A stretch of 64,000 nt of DNA from Oligoflexales bacterium (GCA_965215515.1 OZ244057.1:2016001-2080000); one strand, 5' to 3'; positions 49,651 through 61,001 are shown, counted from the first letter of the stretch. A program made the numbers and translations. The notes: a model not told the origin generated them from the letters alone.

Positions 49651-50376
49651 CTACAAAGCATAACAGAAAATTTCACGGTTGCCCTTCGTGCCACTGATAC
49701 GACAATCGACGGCGGTAAAATCTTGATAGCCATGTTCTTGGAAAAGATTTTTAACTCGCTGCACAGCATAGCCGCGTAGCTTATCATTACGTACAATACC
49801 GCCGCGCGGCACAAGACGACGAGGTAATTCAAACTGCGGTTTAACAAGCACCAAATACTCCGCACGCGCTAGATTGGTAAACACAGCGGGTAAAACTGTC
49901 GTCAGCGAAACAAAACTCACGTCGGCAACCACAAGGTTATTATGCCGATAATGCTGTCCAGCAAAAGTACGGATATCGGTTTTTTCAAAAACTTTTACCC
50001 GCGGGTCACAGCGCAGACTCCACGCCAGTTGATTCGTGCCAACATCAACCGCAGTCACACCTGCCGCACCGTGTTGCAAACAACAATCAACAAAACCACC
50101 TGTCGAAGCCCCAATATCGAGCACATGCCTATCTTTCACCCGCACCGACAGGTCTCGGAAGGCAAGTTCGAGCTTCTTACCGCCACGACTGACATAACGC
50201 TTGCTTGCCTTGACCCGCAGCGTAGCAGAACGTGACACCCGCAGCGCGGGGCTAGTGACCTTGACCTCCTCGACAAAAACCTGCCCCGCCAGAATCTTAG
50301 CATGCACCAACGCCAACGAGGAAATTACGCCCTGCTCCAACAACAACTGGTCAACTCTTATCCGTTCCACACCCAT
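49651..50376 (-). CDS. tlyA: TlyA family rRNA 2'-O-methyltransferase
   Basis: S4-like N-terminus; YVSRGG-KL, DIGASTGGF, DVSF and KPQFE motifs. Confidence 0.93.
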   Translation of the reverse strand: MGVERIRVDQLLLEQGVISSLALVHAKILAGQVFVEEVKVTSPALRVSRSATLRVKASKRYVSRGGKKLELAFRDLSVRVKDRHVLDIGASTGGFVDCCLQHGAAGVTAVDVGTNQLAWSLRCDPRVKVFEKTDIRTFAGQHYRHNNLVVADVSFVSLTTVLPAVFTNLARAEYLVLVKPQFELPRRLVPRGGIVRNDKLRGYAVQRVKNLFQEHGYQDFTAVDCRISGTKGNREIFCYAL

Positions 50377-50440
50377 GCCCACCTTTTGACAAACTAAAGT
50401 GATCTCGTCAACTGCCGAATGACAGGCGGAGGGATACACC

Positions 50441-51196
50441 GTGAGTAGACAGATTGCTATCTTGAACATTGACGGGCGTGACGTGGCACAACGCCTCGAC
50501 TTGCAAGGTTTTCGTGAGATGGGCTTTCGAGCTGAAGCACTGCACAGCTACGTAGAGGCACAGACATTACTACATGTCGCTGACAAGAAAGAAGCTATTG
50601 AAATTATTGCGGATTTAGTGATGAAAGAGAACATCGATCTCATTATCATCAACCTCGACACCGACGTGGTCGATGCTTTCCACCTCCTACATCACTTTCG
50701 CCGCCATGCCGCGACCGCAAACATACTGCTGGTCGCTACCAGCGTACAGACCGAAGGCATGCCAGAAAACAGAGTGCTAGAAGCTGGAGCTGACCTGTTT
50801 GTACGGCAGCCATTGCCACGCAAAAACTTCGTAAAAAAAATCAGAGCACTGCTCAAACAACAATCACGAGCAGATGAACGGGTAAAAATTGCAGGTCGCA
50901 CCGAATTTGTGTGGGAAAATACCCGCTACCAATGTGGTATCGCCAATATCTCCCGCAGCGGAGTCCTACTGGCAACAAGGATTAATTTTGAAAAAGGTAC
51001 AGTCGTCAGACTGAATATTTTTCTCGCCAAATCTCGTCAACCACTGGTCATTGAAGGCGAATTCGTGCGCGTGGCAACGCAAAAAGATAAAGGTATCGGG
51101 GTGAAATTTATCGCACTCTCCGAACAGCAAGCCACTGCTCTCGACCACTTTATCGCCCAACACTCCGACGAGGCACTGGAGATGATCTACTACTGA
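50441..51196 (+). CDS. pseudo-receiver + PilZ domain protein
   Basis: REC-like pattern (DLIIINL, LEAGADLF); PilZ RxxxR (RADER) and NxSxxG (NISRSG). Confidence 0.8.
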   Translation: MSRQIAILNIDGRDVAQRLDLQGFREMGFRAEALHSYVEAQTLLHVADKKEAIEIIADLVMKENIDLIIINLDTDVVDAFHLLHHFRRHAATANILLVATSVQTEGMPENRVLEAGADLFVRQPLPRKNFVKKIRALLKQQSRADERVKIAGRTEFVWENTRYQCGIANISRSGVLLATRINFEKGTVVRLNIFLAKSRQPLVIEGEFVRVATQKDKGIGVKFIALSEQQATALDHFIAQHSDEALEMIYY

Positions 51197-51267
51197 CCCC
51201 ACAACGACACCATGCCGCGCCAAGAAACTTATCGCCAACGTCTCCCTGCTCACACCGACTAAAAACA

Positions 51268-52956
51268 CTACAACCCTGTCGCAAGACCGTAGGCGCGTGG
51301 GTCAGAAACAGCACGCAATTCCCGCTTACGGCGTTCCACAGCCTGCACGTAACAACGGATTGCTTTCTTCTCCGTTTGCCAACCCATCGCGCTGAGTTTC
51401 TCGTGGGTTGTAGCACTAAATGATGGTTCTTGCTCCAACAGTAAAATATCAGGATGCCACTGATGGTGAAAGCGTGGTGCAGCAACCGCTTCATAGAGTG
51501 ACATGCCGTAATCGAGATAGTTCAGCAGTGTTTGCAGCACACAGGTAATGATACGTGTTCCACCTGGTGCACCGAGTGCCAGCAGAGCCTGACCGTTACG
51601 CATCACAATCGTCGGTGACATAGAACTCAGTGGGCGTTTATGCGGGGCAATGCTGTTTTGCTTCCCGCCCAGAGCACCGAACATGTTGGCGGTATCGGCC
51701 TTGATGGCAAAATCATCCATTTCATTGTTCAACACGATGCCCGTTTCACCCGCCACTAACCCTGCCCCGAACCAACCATTAATCGTCTGTGTAGACGTAA
51801 CCACATTGCCTTCAGTATCAATCACACTGAAATGCGTCGTCGAGTCAGAGGATAACTCGGTGCGCGACTGCGTTGCCTCTGAAGAACGTGCGCGTTGTCG
51901 ATCGATCTTGCTAGCAACCTCACGTGCATAGCCTGGCGAAGTCAAGCGGGTAACGGGAACTTTGACAAAATCACTGTCGCCCAGATGTAGTGCCCGATCG
52001 GCATAAGCACGCTGCATCGCTTGCGCCAGCACATTGATGCGTGTCGCGTGGTCAAAGCTTGCACGTTTAAAAGAAAACTGTGCCATAATGTTGAGCATCT
52101 GCAAAATATGCACACCCCCAGAGCTGGGCGGTGGCATAGAAAAAATCTGATAGCCACGAAATGAGCCATGTAGCGGATCTCGCCAAACAATGTGGTAAGC
52201 TTCGAGATCACGCGTGCTGATGTTGCCACGCGTGGCAGTTGCAATGCTGCTGGCCACCTTACCACGATAAAAAGCGTCTTTTCCCTGTGCCGCGATCGCA
52301 CGCAGAGTCGCAGCTAACTGTGGTTGCCGCAGTACCTCACCGATACGATAGGGATTGCCATCTGCTTTCAGAAAAATGCGCGCGGCATTGCTGTCACTAG
52401 CTAGCAATTTTTGTTTTTTCTGCAAAGCTGCAGCAAGATGATTGTAGACAACGAATCCCCTCTCAGCTAGACGTGCCGCGGGCTCGATAACCTTAGCCCG
52501 TGCCAAGCGGCCGAAACGTTTCTGCGCGGCGAGTACACCAGCAACAAAACCTGGCACCGCTACCGCGGCAGCCCCTTGCCGTGACTTTTGTGAGATAACA
52601 GCACGCTCGCTATCCAGAAACATATCGCGCGTGGCATGCTGCGGTGCTTTTTCACGAAAGTCAAGGGCATAGACCTTGCTCTGCTTTGCCATATAGATAA
52701 GCATGAAGCCACCACCACCGAGACCAGTCGATTGCGGGCGCTCCACCGCCAACACAAATGACAACGCTGCCGCTACATCAACAGCATTGCCACCCGCGGC
52801 GTAGATGTCGCGACCGATACGGCTGCTGTGCTTACCCTGACTGGCAATAGCTAGTTTGCGTCCAGCAAACTCGTGCCCAACTCCGTACCTAACCAGCGAC
52901 AACGAGCAGGAGACAAGCACCCCCGCGCCTAACGTCAGAGATAAAATAACTTTCAA
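51268..52956 (-). CDS. ggt: gamma-glutamyltransferase (lipoprotein-like)
   Basis: GGNAVD, DFRE-AP, PPPSSGG, TTHFS, LNNEMDDF and PLSSMSP motifs. Confidence 0.95.
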   Translation of the reverse strand: MKVILSLTLGAGVLVSCSLSLVRYGVGHEFAGRKLAIASQGKHSSRIGRDIYAAGGNAVDVAAALSFVLAVERPQSTGLGGGGFMLIYMAKQSKVYALDFREKAPQHATRDMFLDSERAVISQKSRQGAAAVAVPGFVAGVLAAQKRFGRLARAKVIEPAARLAERGFVVYNHLAAALQKKQKLLASDSNAARIFLKADGNPYRIGEVLRQPQLAATLRAIAAQGKDAFYRGKVASSIATATRGNISTRDLEAYHIVWRDPLHGSFRGYQIFSMPPPSSGGVHILQMLNIMAQFSFKRASFDHATRINVLAQAMQRAYADRALHLGDSDFVKVPVTRLTSPGYAREVASKIDRQRARSSEATQSRTELSSDSTTHFSVIDTEGNVVTSTQTINGWFGAGLVAGETGIVLNNEMDDFAIKADTANMFGALGGKQNSIAPHKRPLSSMSPTIVMRNGQALLALGAPGGTRIITCVLQTLLNYLDYGMSLYEAVAAPRFHHQWHPDILLLEQEPSFSATTHEKLSAMGWQTEKKAIRCYVQAVERRKRELRAVSDPRAYGLATGL

Positions 52957-53038
52957 AACAAATACCTCAGTAAATAGTTACTCCATAAAACTGTGTACGG
53001 GATTACGTCCCCGTAGGTGGCTGACCTGCTCACAGCAA

Positions 53039-53971
53039 CTAAAAACGCTGGATACTGCGCAAGGCCGCATCGATCTCAGTAAACTTGAATTTATAGCCCG
53101 CCGCCAACATACGCCGAGGCACAACCCGCTGGCTGGTAGTGACCACCGTTGCCTTCTCGCCCAGCAACAGACGTACCCCCCACCCTGGGATGCGCACAGG
53201 ACTAGCCAACACAGGGCGGAAGCGACGCAGCAAGGCACGATGCAGTGTGTCATAAGTAATCGCCCGCGGCACAGTTAGATTGTAAACCCCACGACAAGAA
53301 CTGTGCCGTATGGCATGACGCACAAAACCACAGATATCATCACTATGTACCCAAGAGACATACTGCTTGCCACTGCCTAACGACGCACCGAGAGCAAAAC
53401 GGTAAATCCTGCGCAACACCCGCAACGCCCCTCCCCCCTCACCCAACACCATACCGAAACGCATGATTACCCAGCGATTGGCCAGCGACGCACCAGTAAG
53501 ACTTGCCTCCCATCGCTGAGCAGTACTAGCGAGAAAACCCGTACCCGCAGCGCTGTCCTCAACCAGTTCAGCATCACCACGCTCGCCATAATAACCAATC
53601 GCACCCGCTTGTAACACCACAGGACGATGTGACAACTCCCGCAACGCCGCCACCATCGCACATGTCGTCCGCACGCGGGACGCGACAATCTCCGCCTTGC
53701 GAGCCCGACTCCAACGCCCCTCGGCCACCGACGCACCCGCCAAATTAATCACCACATCAACCTCAGCCAACGCCGCCGCAGGAATCGTGCCGTCTCGCCG
53801 CCAACAGTAGACCCGCGCACGGTAAGGCAAATCAAGTTGCGTGGCGCGGCTCACCACCCGTAAGGCACAGCCCTCACTCTCCAGAAAAACACCGAGCTGC
53901 CGTCCCACAAAACCACTACCACCGATTAACAACACCTTCAGCGCAGTCCGCTGTTTTTTTAGAAATACCAT
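53039..53971 (-). CDS. TIGR01777-type (YfcH) NAD-dependent epimerase-family oxidoreductase
   Basis: GGSGFVG, INLAG, IGYYG, GSG-Q--SW-H and SQRV-P motifs. Confidence 0.88.
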   Translation of the reverse strand: MVFLKKQRTALKVLLIGGSGFVGRQLGVFLESEGCALRVVSRATQLDLPYRARVYCWRRDGTIPAAALAEVDVVINLAGASVAEGRWSRARKAEIVASRVRTTCAMVAALRELSHRPVVLQAGAIGYYGERGDAELVEDSAAGTGFLASTAQRWEASLTGASLANRWVIMRFGMVLGEGGGALRVLRRIYRFALGASLGSGKQYVSWVHSDDICGFVRHAIRHSSCRGVYNLTVPRAITYDTLHRALLRRFRPVLASPVRIPGWGVRLLLGEKATVVTTSQRVVPRRMLAAGYKFKFTEIDAALRSIQRF

Positions 53972-54069
53972 GACTCTCCGCACCGATACCTGCCATAGCA
54001 CGTACCCAACAGGCATCGCTAGGGAGCGTGGGAGGAAACACCACACGTGCATTGGGAACGCTGATCTGC

Positions 54070-54813
54070 TCACACCCCTGTAGCCTGATCCCACACTTGA
54101 ATGTGAAGGCGGGTGCTATAATTGTAGCGATATTCTCGACACAATGCAAAGACGCGACGCTCGTTGGCTTGCAGAACAGACAACGTTGCCGCAGCAGGCA
54201 TCAACCATACCCGCGTAGGGGCAATACCGTAAGGATCGATGTACTCTTCTCTGATCTGCTCTACGTCGGCACGACTACTAACGACAAATTTAAACACCGC
54301 CTTGCCGTTGCCCACCAACGCACGCATAGCCGCGGCGTTGTGCCTGTGGGAACGCAAGTTGCCGCTGTTCGCTCCCTTAGGGCTGCAGTTGTACTGTACG
54401 ACATACCTGTCAAGTGCCGCGATAGGCACACGGGTGGCATTAGTTTCAATCTCAACGGCAGGACACGGATGACAAGTGACCAGATAGCGCAAAAACGATT
54501 CCAAGGCACGCTGTTGCAACAGTGGCTCACCACCCGTAACGATAAGACGCGCCCCGCGGGCAAGATGTTGCAGCCAACCCTGCATGCGCCAGTGAGCAAC
54601 AATCTGCGCACCAGTGAATGCCTGTCCCGTACGCCATACCGCCAAAGTATCACAGCTCCAACTTGCTTCGCCGCTCCCACAGAGTAAGTTGCAGTGCTGA
54701 AGACGCAAAAAAACCGCAGGACAACCAGTGCTGCGCCCCTCGCCCTGCAGAGAATAAAACATCTCGGCAACCCGCAGCTTATCAGTACCAGACGATGTGA
54801 CTGCGGTAGGCAA
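54070..54813 (-). CDS. queE: 7-carboxy-7-deazaguanine synthase (radical SAM)
   Basis: E-FYSLQGEG, FLRL--CNL-C, TGGEPLLQ, IETN, SPK and RLH motifs. Confidence 0.85.
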   Translation of the reverse strand: MPTAVTSSGTDKLRVAEMFYSLQGEGRSTGCPAVFLRLQHCNLLCGSGEASWSCDTLAVWRTGQAFTGAQIVAHWRMQGWLQHLARGARLIVTGGEPLLQQRALESFLRYLVTCHPCPAVEIETNATRVPIAALDRYVVQYNCSPKGANSGNLRSHRHNAAAMRALVGNGKAVFKFVVSSRADVEQIREEYIDPYGIAPTRVWLMPAAATLSVLQANERRVFALCREYRYNYSTRLHIQVWDQATGV

Positions 54814-54836
54814 AAATACAACCCGCGTCCCCCTGC

Positions 54837-55508
54837 CTAGTATTTTGGCAAAGGCTCGATAGCAGTGATGTCCGCACGCGGCACGAGAAGCATCCGACGC
54901 TGGTCAAGAGGCACAACACCGCCCGCATCGCCCTTCCGCTCCTCGGCAATGACATAATAATAGCCACTATCAAAAACCTTGAGTACCTCGCCATACAAAA
55001 TGCTGCCGTCTCTAGAATCAACGAAAATAACCTTCGCATACTCATGATCGTGCCGCTCGATAGCTTTACCCATTATGTTTTTAATGGGAACAAGCTTGTT
55101 CTTATCCTCATAAGAGGAATAAATTAACATCTCACCGTATGGATAGACCCAATCTTGCACTTCACCTTCATAATGATTTTCACCGACCGTGTAATGAAAA
55201 ATACGACCGATGATGTCATCATCAAATCTAATGATAGTGTCAAGCATAATGCTGGGCTGAGATGCCTCCCTGTTACCGATAAAATCACGAACCATCTCGC
55301 CACAGAGCAATGTCATACATCCCATCATGCTGACGAAGACCATGCCCGCACCCCATTTTTGCAATATGTCGGGTGCGCCTACCCCACGCAACTCAACAAA
55401 ATTCCTCACCCTTTGCCCCCACCTCGATAGGGAGCGAGCCGCATTCAGGTCAGGAACAGAAAAAGAAAAAAACAACCCCACAACTACAGCGCACAACACA
55501 CCACGCAT
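54837..55508 (-). CDS. hypothetical secreted/membrane protein
   Basis: SD-like GGGGAGG before MRGVLC; signal peptide plus a second hydrophobic Cys-containing segment. Confidence 0.65.
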   Translation of the reverse strand: MRGVLCAVVVGLFFSFSVPDLNAARSLSRWGQRVRNFVELRGVGAPDILQKWGAGMVFVSMMGCMTLLCGEMVRDFIGNREASQPSIMLDTIIRFDDDIIGRIFHYTVGENHYEGEVQDWVYPYGEMLIYSSYEDKNKLVPIKNIMGKAIERHDHEYAKVIFVDSRDGSILYGEVLKVFDSGYYYVIAEERKGDAGGVVPLDQRRMLLVPRADITAIEPLPKY

Positions 55509-55676
55509 ACACACAGCCCCCTCCCCAGAAAACTCGGATGCAGATAACATTGCGAGACCCCTACCGCAAAATCAATAGGCGTGTCAAGACAATCTTGCGC
55601 TTACGAAGATGCTTTGGGGTTACCAAAAAATTTAAGCTGTGCGATAATGAGCAGGTGATCGCGAGAGGAGCACGAT

Positions 55677-57161
55677 GTGGACATGATGACGGCGCTGTTG
55701 CTGATAGTCATCGCCATGTTGCTGGTGCTGATAGTCGCACTGGCGCTGTGGCGCAAGTCTGACAGTCCCGCACACTTGGCGAAGCTGACCGCGATCAACG
55801 CCACGTTACAGAGCAACCTTGACCATAACCAACACAATCTGGAACGACTGCAAGATCAACTTGCACCGCTGGATGAAATGCGCAGTGAATGCGCAGGCCT
55901 AAAGGAGAGCCTCGCCGCAGCTCGTGATCTGAACAGACGTATCGAACAAGAGAAAACAACCTGGAAGAGCCGCAGCGAACTGCTACAACAACAGACACAA
56001 GAGTTAACCGCGCGCAGGAGCGAATTACAAACCAAACTTGACAACGTACAACAGCAACTGAGTGAGCGCGATACGCTGGAAAAACGTTTCAAGGATGCTT
56101 TTCGTGCTCTGTCCGCCGACATTCTGAAGACACAAGGAGACAATTTTCAAAGCAATGCTGACAAACTATTCAAAACAGGGCAAGAGGAAATCGACAAGAT
56201 CATACGTCCACTGAGGAGTAAGATCGAGCACCTCGATCGCGATAACGTCGCCAACGCCTCGCTGTTCAAAGCACAGATGGAAAAAATGATCGAGGAGAGC
56301 CGCCTACTCGGGAAGGAAGCACAAGCATTGCAGAACGCCTTGCGTAAACCCAGCGTGCGAGGACGTTGGGGTGAAATTCAACTGGAGCGAGTACTGGAGC
56401 TATCGGGGTTGCACAAAGATATCGACTACAGCGTGCAGGATAGCTTCGATAACGATGAAGGGCAACGTCTGCGTACCGACGTAATCGTCAATATGCCCGA
56501 AAACCGCCGTGTCATCCTCGACTCCAAAGTATCGCTCGCCGCTTTGATGGAGGCTTTCAATACCGATGACGAAACACAAAAAACACAAGCACTGGAACGT
56601 CACGTTGAACAAATCAAAACCCATATCAACAACTTATCGAGTAAAGAATACTGGCAATTGCTGCCTGCTACCGACATCGTGGTGATGGTGTTGCCAGAGT
56701 TCGCATTTTTGCCCGCCCTGGAACAGGAAACCGACTTGATCGAATGGGCGCTAGATAAGAAGGTAATTATCGTCACTCCCCCGACTTTGCTAGCTCTACT
56801 AAAAGCAATCGCCCTGACCTGGAAACAGGTGCGTGTCGTCGAGAAAGCTCGTGAAATTAGCGAGCTGGGCAAAGAACTACACGATCGCCTCGCAGTCTTC
56901 GCCAAGCACTACGTGTCAATAGGCAAGTCACTGCAACAGTCTGTCGAACACTACAACAAGGCCAACAATTCCTGGGACAGCCGCCTTATGCCTAAGGTAC
57001 TGGCTTTCAAAGAACTGGAAGTGCCCGTGACCAAAGACCTGCCAACTACAAACGCTATCGAAAGCGTACCCGCCACAATCAGCAAAGTACCAGAAACAGA
57101 CGAGAGTTCCACCGCCACAATCAGCACACCACCAGAGCTCGAGGAAGAGGAAGCTAGCTAG
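55677..57161 (+). CDS. rmuC: DNA recombination protein RmuC
   Basis: N-terminal TM and coiled coil; RGRWGE-QL, R-D, DSK and L--KEYW motifs. Confidence 0.92.
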   Translation: MDMMTALLLIVIAMLLVLIVALALWRKSDSPAHLAKLTAINATLQSNLDHNQHNLERLQDQLAPLDEMRSECAGLKESLAAARDLNRRIEQEKTTWKSRSELLQQQTQELTARRSELQTKLDNVQQQLSERDTLEKRFKDAFRALSADILKTQGDNFQSNADKLFKTGQEEIDKIIRPLRSKIEHLDRDNVANASLFKAQMEKMIEESRLLGKEAQALQNALRKPSVRGRWGEIQLERVLELSGLHKDIDYSVQDSFDNDEGQRLRTDVIVNMPENRRVILDSKVSLAALMEAFNTDDETQKTQALERHVEQIKTHINNLSSKEYWQLLPATDIVVMVLPEFAFLPALEQETDLIEWALDKKVIIVTPPTLLALLKAIALTWKQVRVVEKAREISELGKELHDRLAVFAKHYVSIGKSLQQSVEHYNKANNSWDSRLMPKVLAFKELEVPVTKDLPTTNAIESVPATISKVPETDESSTATISTPPELEEEEAS

Positions 57162-57210
57162 TCAGTAACACTCGCAGTACGCCCTTTTCCAACGAAGACC
57201 ACCCGTACAC

Positions 57211-57249
57211 ACAGCTGTCTTGACAGCTGTACACCCGCTGGGCTAGACT
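57211..57249 (+). promoter_or_regulatory. putative pst promoter with a palindromic operator over the -35
   Basis: ACAGCTGTC-TT-GACAGCTGT overlapping TTGACA; TAGACT lies 18 nt downstream. Confidence 0.45.
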
Positions 57250-57294
57250 CCAGCCCGCTCAGCATGTAATCGTTATGGAAAGATAACTTGCGGC

Positions 57295-59466
57295 ATGGGA
57301 ACGGTTAACTACTCCTCTGGTCGCCGCACAAGCACGGCACGGCTCGCTGATACATGCGCTACGTGGATTATCAAAGGTGGCGGCGCACTGGTGATCGCCG
57401 CTACAGCCGCTATCCTCGTGCTGATAACCACAGTGGCCTTGCCGCTGTTCTACAGTGCAGGTGTACAACAGTTAGCCACACAACACCTACCCACCGCATC
57501 CACCATACTGGCTGCAGGCAGTGACGAACATCTGCGCACACTCTACAGTCTCGACGCGCACGGTCGTGTCACAGTACACAACCTCACAGGACGCAGCACA
57601 CAAAGCACATATCGCCTGCGCCCCACCCGCGATGCCCACATCGTTGCAGTTGCCAGCGAACGCAGCGCACAATACACACTCGTGTGGAACGATGGCGTGG
57701 TCAGTGCTATCGATGTCAACGCCACGCCCGTATTGCTCTATCAACGCCAACTGCTGCGCCCGCCACGCCTCGCCGCTCTGCGTAAAAAAAATATTCTTTT
57801 CGCGGTCGATGGCGATCTGCTTACCGTAACTTCACCAGCTGTTGCCGTGAGCACACCCGACGAAGAAACAAACGACTTCTTCAATGACAGTGCCGACGAA
57901 CGACCACAACAATTCAACCTGTCTTTCCGCCTCGCTGCGGTGACCGCCCTCGATGTCAGTGCCGACGGGACAAAGATTGCGACAGGAAATGCCGAGGGTG
58001 AGGTCACGTTCATCAAATTGGACACAGAAGGTGGCAGCACAACGAGCACCGCTGAAGTTAGCCATACTGCGGTGACCGCCATCAAATTCATCTACGGCGA
58101 CAACTCTTTCGTCGTCGGTGACGCAGAAGGACAGCTAGCCGCGTGGCAAACCACACAAGACAACAAGCTGGTGCGATTCAAAACCTTCGCTTCATTACCC
58201 GCTGCGGTGCAGATGTTTAGCAAAGCAGCACGTAGCAAATTTTTCGCCGCCCTCGATATCCACGGTGGCATGGCGCTGTACCACTTGACCAGCGCTGCAA
58301 CCGTGCACCACATCCCCCCCCACAACGGATTGCGACACACACTCACCTTAGCGCCACGTGACGATGCCCTGATAACCGTCAATGTCTCCAACACCGCAAC
58401 GCTATGGCAAGTTGACGCACCCCACGCCGCCATCAACCTCACCACCCTCATGCGACGCGTCTGGTATGAGGGCTACCCTCAACCCGCTTACGTGTGGCAA
58501 TCTTCCAGCGGTACAGATGATTTTGAACCCAAACTAAGCCTTGTACCGCTCATTTTTGGCACGTTCAAAGGCACGCTGTACGCTTTGTTGCTCGTCTTAC
58601 CCCTGTCCATTGCGGCGGCGGTCTACGTCAACCAATGCGCATCGAACACGTTTAAGGCTTTCATTAAACCTGCCATCGAAGTGCTAGCTTCATTGCCTTC
58701 AGTCGTTATCGGCTTTCTCGCGGCGTTGTGGCTTGCACCCTTTTTGCAAAATTTTATCGTTACCTTTTTGTTGAGCATCATAACCTTGCCGCTAGTTTTC
58801 TTGTTTTTTTTACTATCGTGGGGACGATTGCGTAATTTCACTTTGATCGAACGTTTCGAACGTCAACGTGAATTTTTAATTCTTGTGCCAGTCATAGCAG
58901 TAGCGGCAATGTCTGCCTATTACCTGACTTTGCCTGTAGAAAATTACTTTTTCCACGGAGATTTCAGCACCTGGCTTTACGATGTCATAGGCATGCAATA
59001 CGATCAACGTAATAGTATCGTTATAGCTTTTGGTTTGGGTTTTGCCGTAATACCGATAATTTTTTCAATTTCGGAAGACAGCCTTAACAGCATTCCGAAA
59101 TCTCTGCCACTGTCGTCGTTGGCGCTCGGTGCGAGTCGCTGGCAGACGATCTGGCGGGTGGTACTGCCCTCGGCCAGCCCTGGTATTGCAGCCGCGGCAA
59201 TCATCGGATTCGGACGAGCAGTGGGTGAGACGATGATCGTCCTGATGGCAACGGGCAACACACCTATAATCGACCTCAGCCCCTTCAACGGCATGCGTAC
59301 CTTGGCAGCCAACATCGCCGTAGAAGTGCCTGAAGCACCAGTCAACAGCACGCTGTATCGTACTTTGTTTTTGTGCGCGGTAGTGCTATTTGCCTTGACG
59401 TTTATATTCAACACAGTGGCAGAATTGGTGCGCACAGGTTTGAGAAAACGCTATGGCAATTTATAA
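57295..59466 (+). CDS. pstC: phosphate ABC transporter permease with a large periplasmic domain
   Basis: WQSSSGTDDFEPK-SL-PL, PSVVIG, ALGASRWQT and RAVGETM motifs. Confidence 0.9.
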   Translation: MGTVNYSSGRRTSTARLADTCATWIIKGGGALVIAATAAILVLITTVALPLFYSAGVQQLATQHLPTASTILAAGSDEHLRTLYSLDAHGRVTVHNLTGRSTQSTYRLRPTRDAHIVAVASERSAQYTLVWNDGVVSAIDVNATPVLLYQRQLLRPPRLAALRKKNILFAVDGDLLTVTSPAVAVSTPDEETNDFFNDSADERPQQFNLSFRLAAVTALDVSADGTKIATGNAEGEVTFIKLDTEGGSTTSTAEVSHTAVTAIKFIYGDNSFVVGDAEGQLAAWQTTQDNKLVRFKTFASLPAAVQMFSKAARSKFFAALDIHGGMALYHLTSAATVHHIPPHNGLRHTLTLAPRDDALITVNVSNTATLWQVDAPHAAINLTTLMRRVWYEGYPQPAYVWQSSSGTDDFEPKLSLVPLIFGTFKGTLYALLLVLPLSIAAAVYVNQCASNTFKAFIKPAIEVLASLPSVVIGFLAALWLAPFLQNFIVTFLLSIITLPLVFLFFLLSWGRLRNFTLIERFERQREFLILVPVIAVAAMSAYYLTLPVENYFFHGDFSTWLYDVIGMQYDQRNSIVIAFGLGFAVIPIIFSISEDSLNSIPKSLPLSSLALGASRWQTIWRVVLPSASPGIAAAAIIGFGRAVGETMIVLMATGNTPIIDLSPFNGMRTLAANIAVEVPEAPVNSTLYRTLFLCAVVLFALTFIFNTVAELVRTGLRKRYGNL

Positions 59467-61000
59467 AAAGAATTTCTGGCGCGCAGGTGAACCGTGGGTA
59501 TGGGTAACCGCAGCGGGTATGACGCTGATAATGCTAATGACGGTAGGGTTTTTTGGCATCATCGTTGTCAACGGTTTGCGTGCGCTGTGGCCAGGCGATA
59601 TTGCGCAAATCTCAACTACAGATGGCAAAATTATCGCTGGTGAAATTACCCAACAAGAATGGCATAACGACACGCGGCAACGTCTGCAACTCAAGACCGC
59701 TAATCGTGATATCAACGGCCACGATTTCAAATGGCTCAACGCCGATAGCGTGCATGAAATTTCTTCCCCACCCGAAATATATGTTATCGAACGCGCTGCC
59801 TATGGTGACTTTATAGGCTATCTCGCGCAAGAGAACCCCCCGCACATCAAGCAACATTTCGTTAGCAAAACACTACGCCTTCAGATAGAAGCACTGGTTG
59901 CACACATAGACGCACTGTACAAGTCGGTAGGTGAATACAACGATCGCTTGCGTGCCGCAGAAAAAAACACCCCTGTCCAACCAGTAAACATACAGCACTA
60001 TCGGGATTTGATCGAGACACACAACAAACAAATAGCAGAAGCAGAGCAAGAACTCGATATGCTACAAGCCTTGTTCATTACTGCAGACGGCAAAGAAAAA
60101 AATATTCGTCTCGCAGAGATAATTCGCTTCTACCAACCCAATAGCATGAGTATGCTTGCAAAAATTTTGCACTATGCGGAAAAAATTGGCGAGCTGCTAT
60201 TCGCCGCCCCGCGTGAAGCAAACATGGAGGGAGGAGTGTTTCCCGCAGCATTTGGCACAGTATTACTGGTGTTTATGATGAGCATCACATCTTTTCCCCT
60301 AGGGGTGTTAGCGGGCATTTATCTCGGTGTCTACGCAGGCCGTGGTGTTTTTCTGCAATTAGTGCGAGTAGCAGTGCACAACTTAGCGGGTATCCCGTCG
60401 ATCGTCTTCGGTATTTTTGGTCTCGGTTTTTTCATCTACGGTCTCGGCAGCCGCGTAGATGAACTATTTTTTTCCCCAACGTTGCCAGAACCGACGTTTG
60501 GCACGGGCGGTTTGCTGTGGGCAAGCCTCAGTTTAGGTTTGTTGACTATGCCGGTGGTAATCGTGGCGGTGGAAGAAGCCTTGCGCACTATTCCCCGTGC
60601 ATTTCGTGACTCATCGCTGGCACTGGGAGCAACACGTTTGCAGACCCTGTGGCGAGTGTTGTTGCCAGCCGCGTCGCCTGGAATTCTGACGGGGTTTATC
60701 TTGGCAATGGCACGAGCGGCAGGCGAAGTTGCACCGTTGATGATTACAGGCGTGGTGAAACTTGCACCGAGCTTGCCGCTCGATAGCACGTTTCCCTTTC
60801 TGCACCTCGACCGCAAGTTTATGCATCTTGGTTTTCACATTTACGATATAGCCTGTCAATCTCCTAACGTTGAAGCAGCAAAACCATTGGTGTATGCTTC
60901 AACCCTATTGTTGGTGGTAATTGTGCTGTTGATGACAGGCAGCTCGGTGTGGATGCGCAGTCACCTACGCAAGAAATACAGCGTCAGTAGCGGATTTTAG
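59453..61000 (+). CDS. pstA: phosphate ABC transporter permease
   Basis: [23 protein letters not shown] and [10 protein letters not shown] motifs. Confidence 0.92.
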   Translation: MAIYKKNFWRAGEPWVWVTAAGMTLIMLMTVGFFGIIVVNGLRALWPGDIAQISTTDGKIIAGEITQQEWHNDTRQRLQLKTANRDINGHDFKWLNADSVHEISSPPEIYVIERAAYGDFIGYLAQENPPHIKQHFVSKTLRLQIEALVAHIDALYKSVGEYNDRLRAAEKNTPVQPVNIQHYRDLIETHNKQIAEAEQELDMLQALFITADGKEKNIRLAEIIRFYQPNSMSMLAKILHYAEKIGELLFAAPREANMEGGVFPAAFGTVLLVFMMSITSFPLGVLAGIYLGVYAGRGVFLQLVRVAVHNLAGIPSIVFGIFGLGFFIYGLGSRVDELFFSPTLPEPTFGTGGLLWASLSLGLLTMPVVIVAVEEALRTIPRAFRDSSLALGATRLQTLWRVLLPAASPGILTGFILAMARAAGEVAPLMITGVVKLAPSLPLDSTFPFLHLDRKFMHLGFHIYDIACQSPNVEAAKPLVYASTLLLVVIVLLMTGSSVWMRSHLRKKYSVSSGF

Positions 61001-61001
61001 T

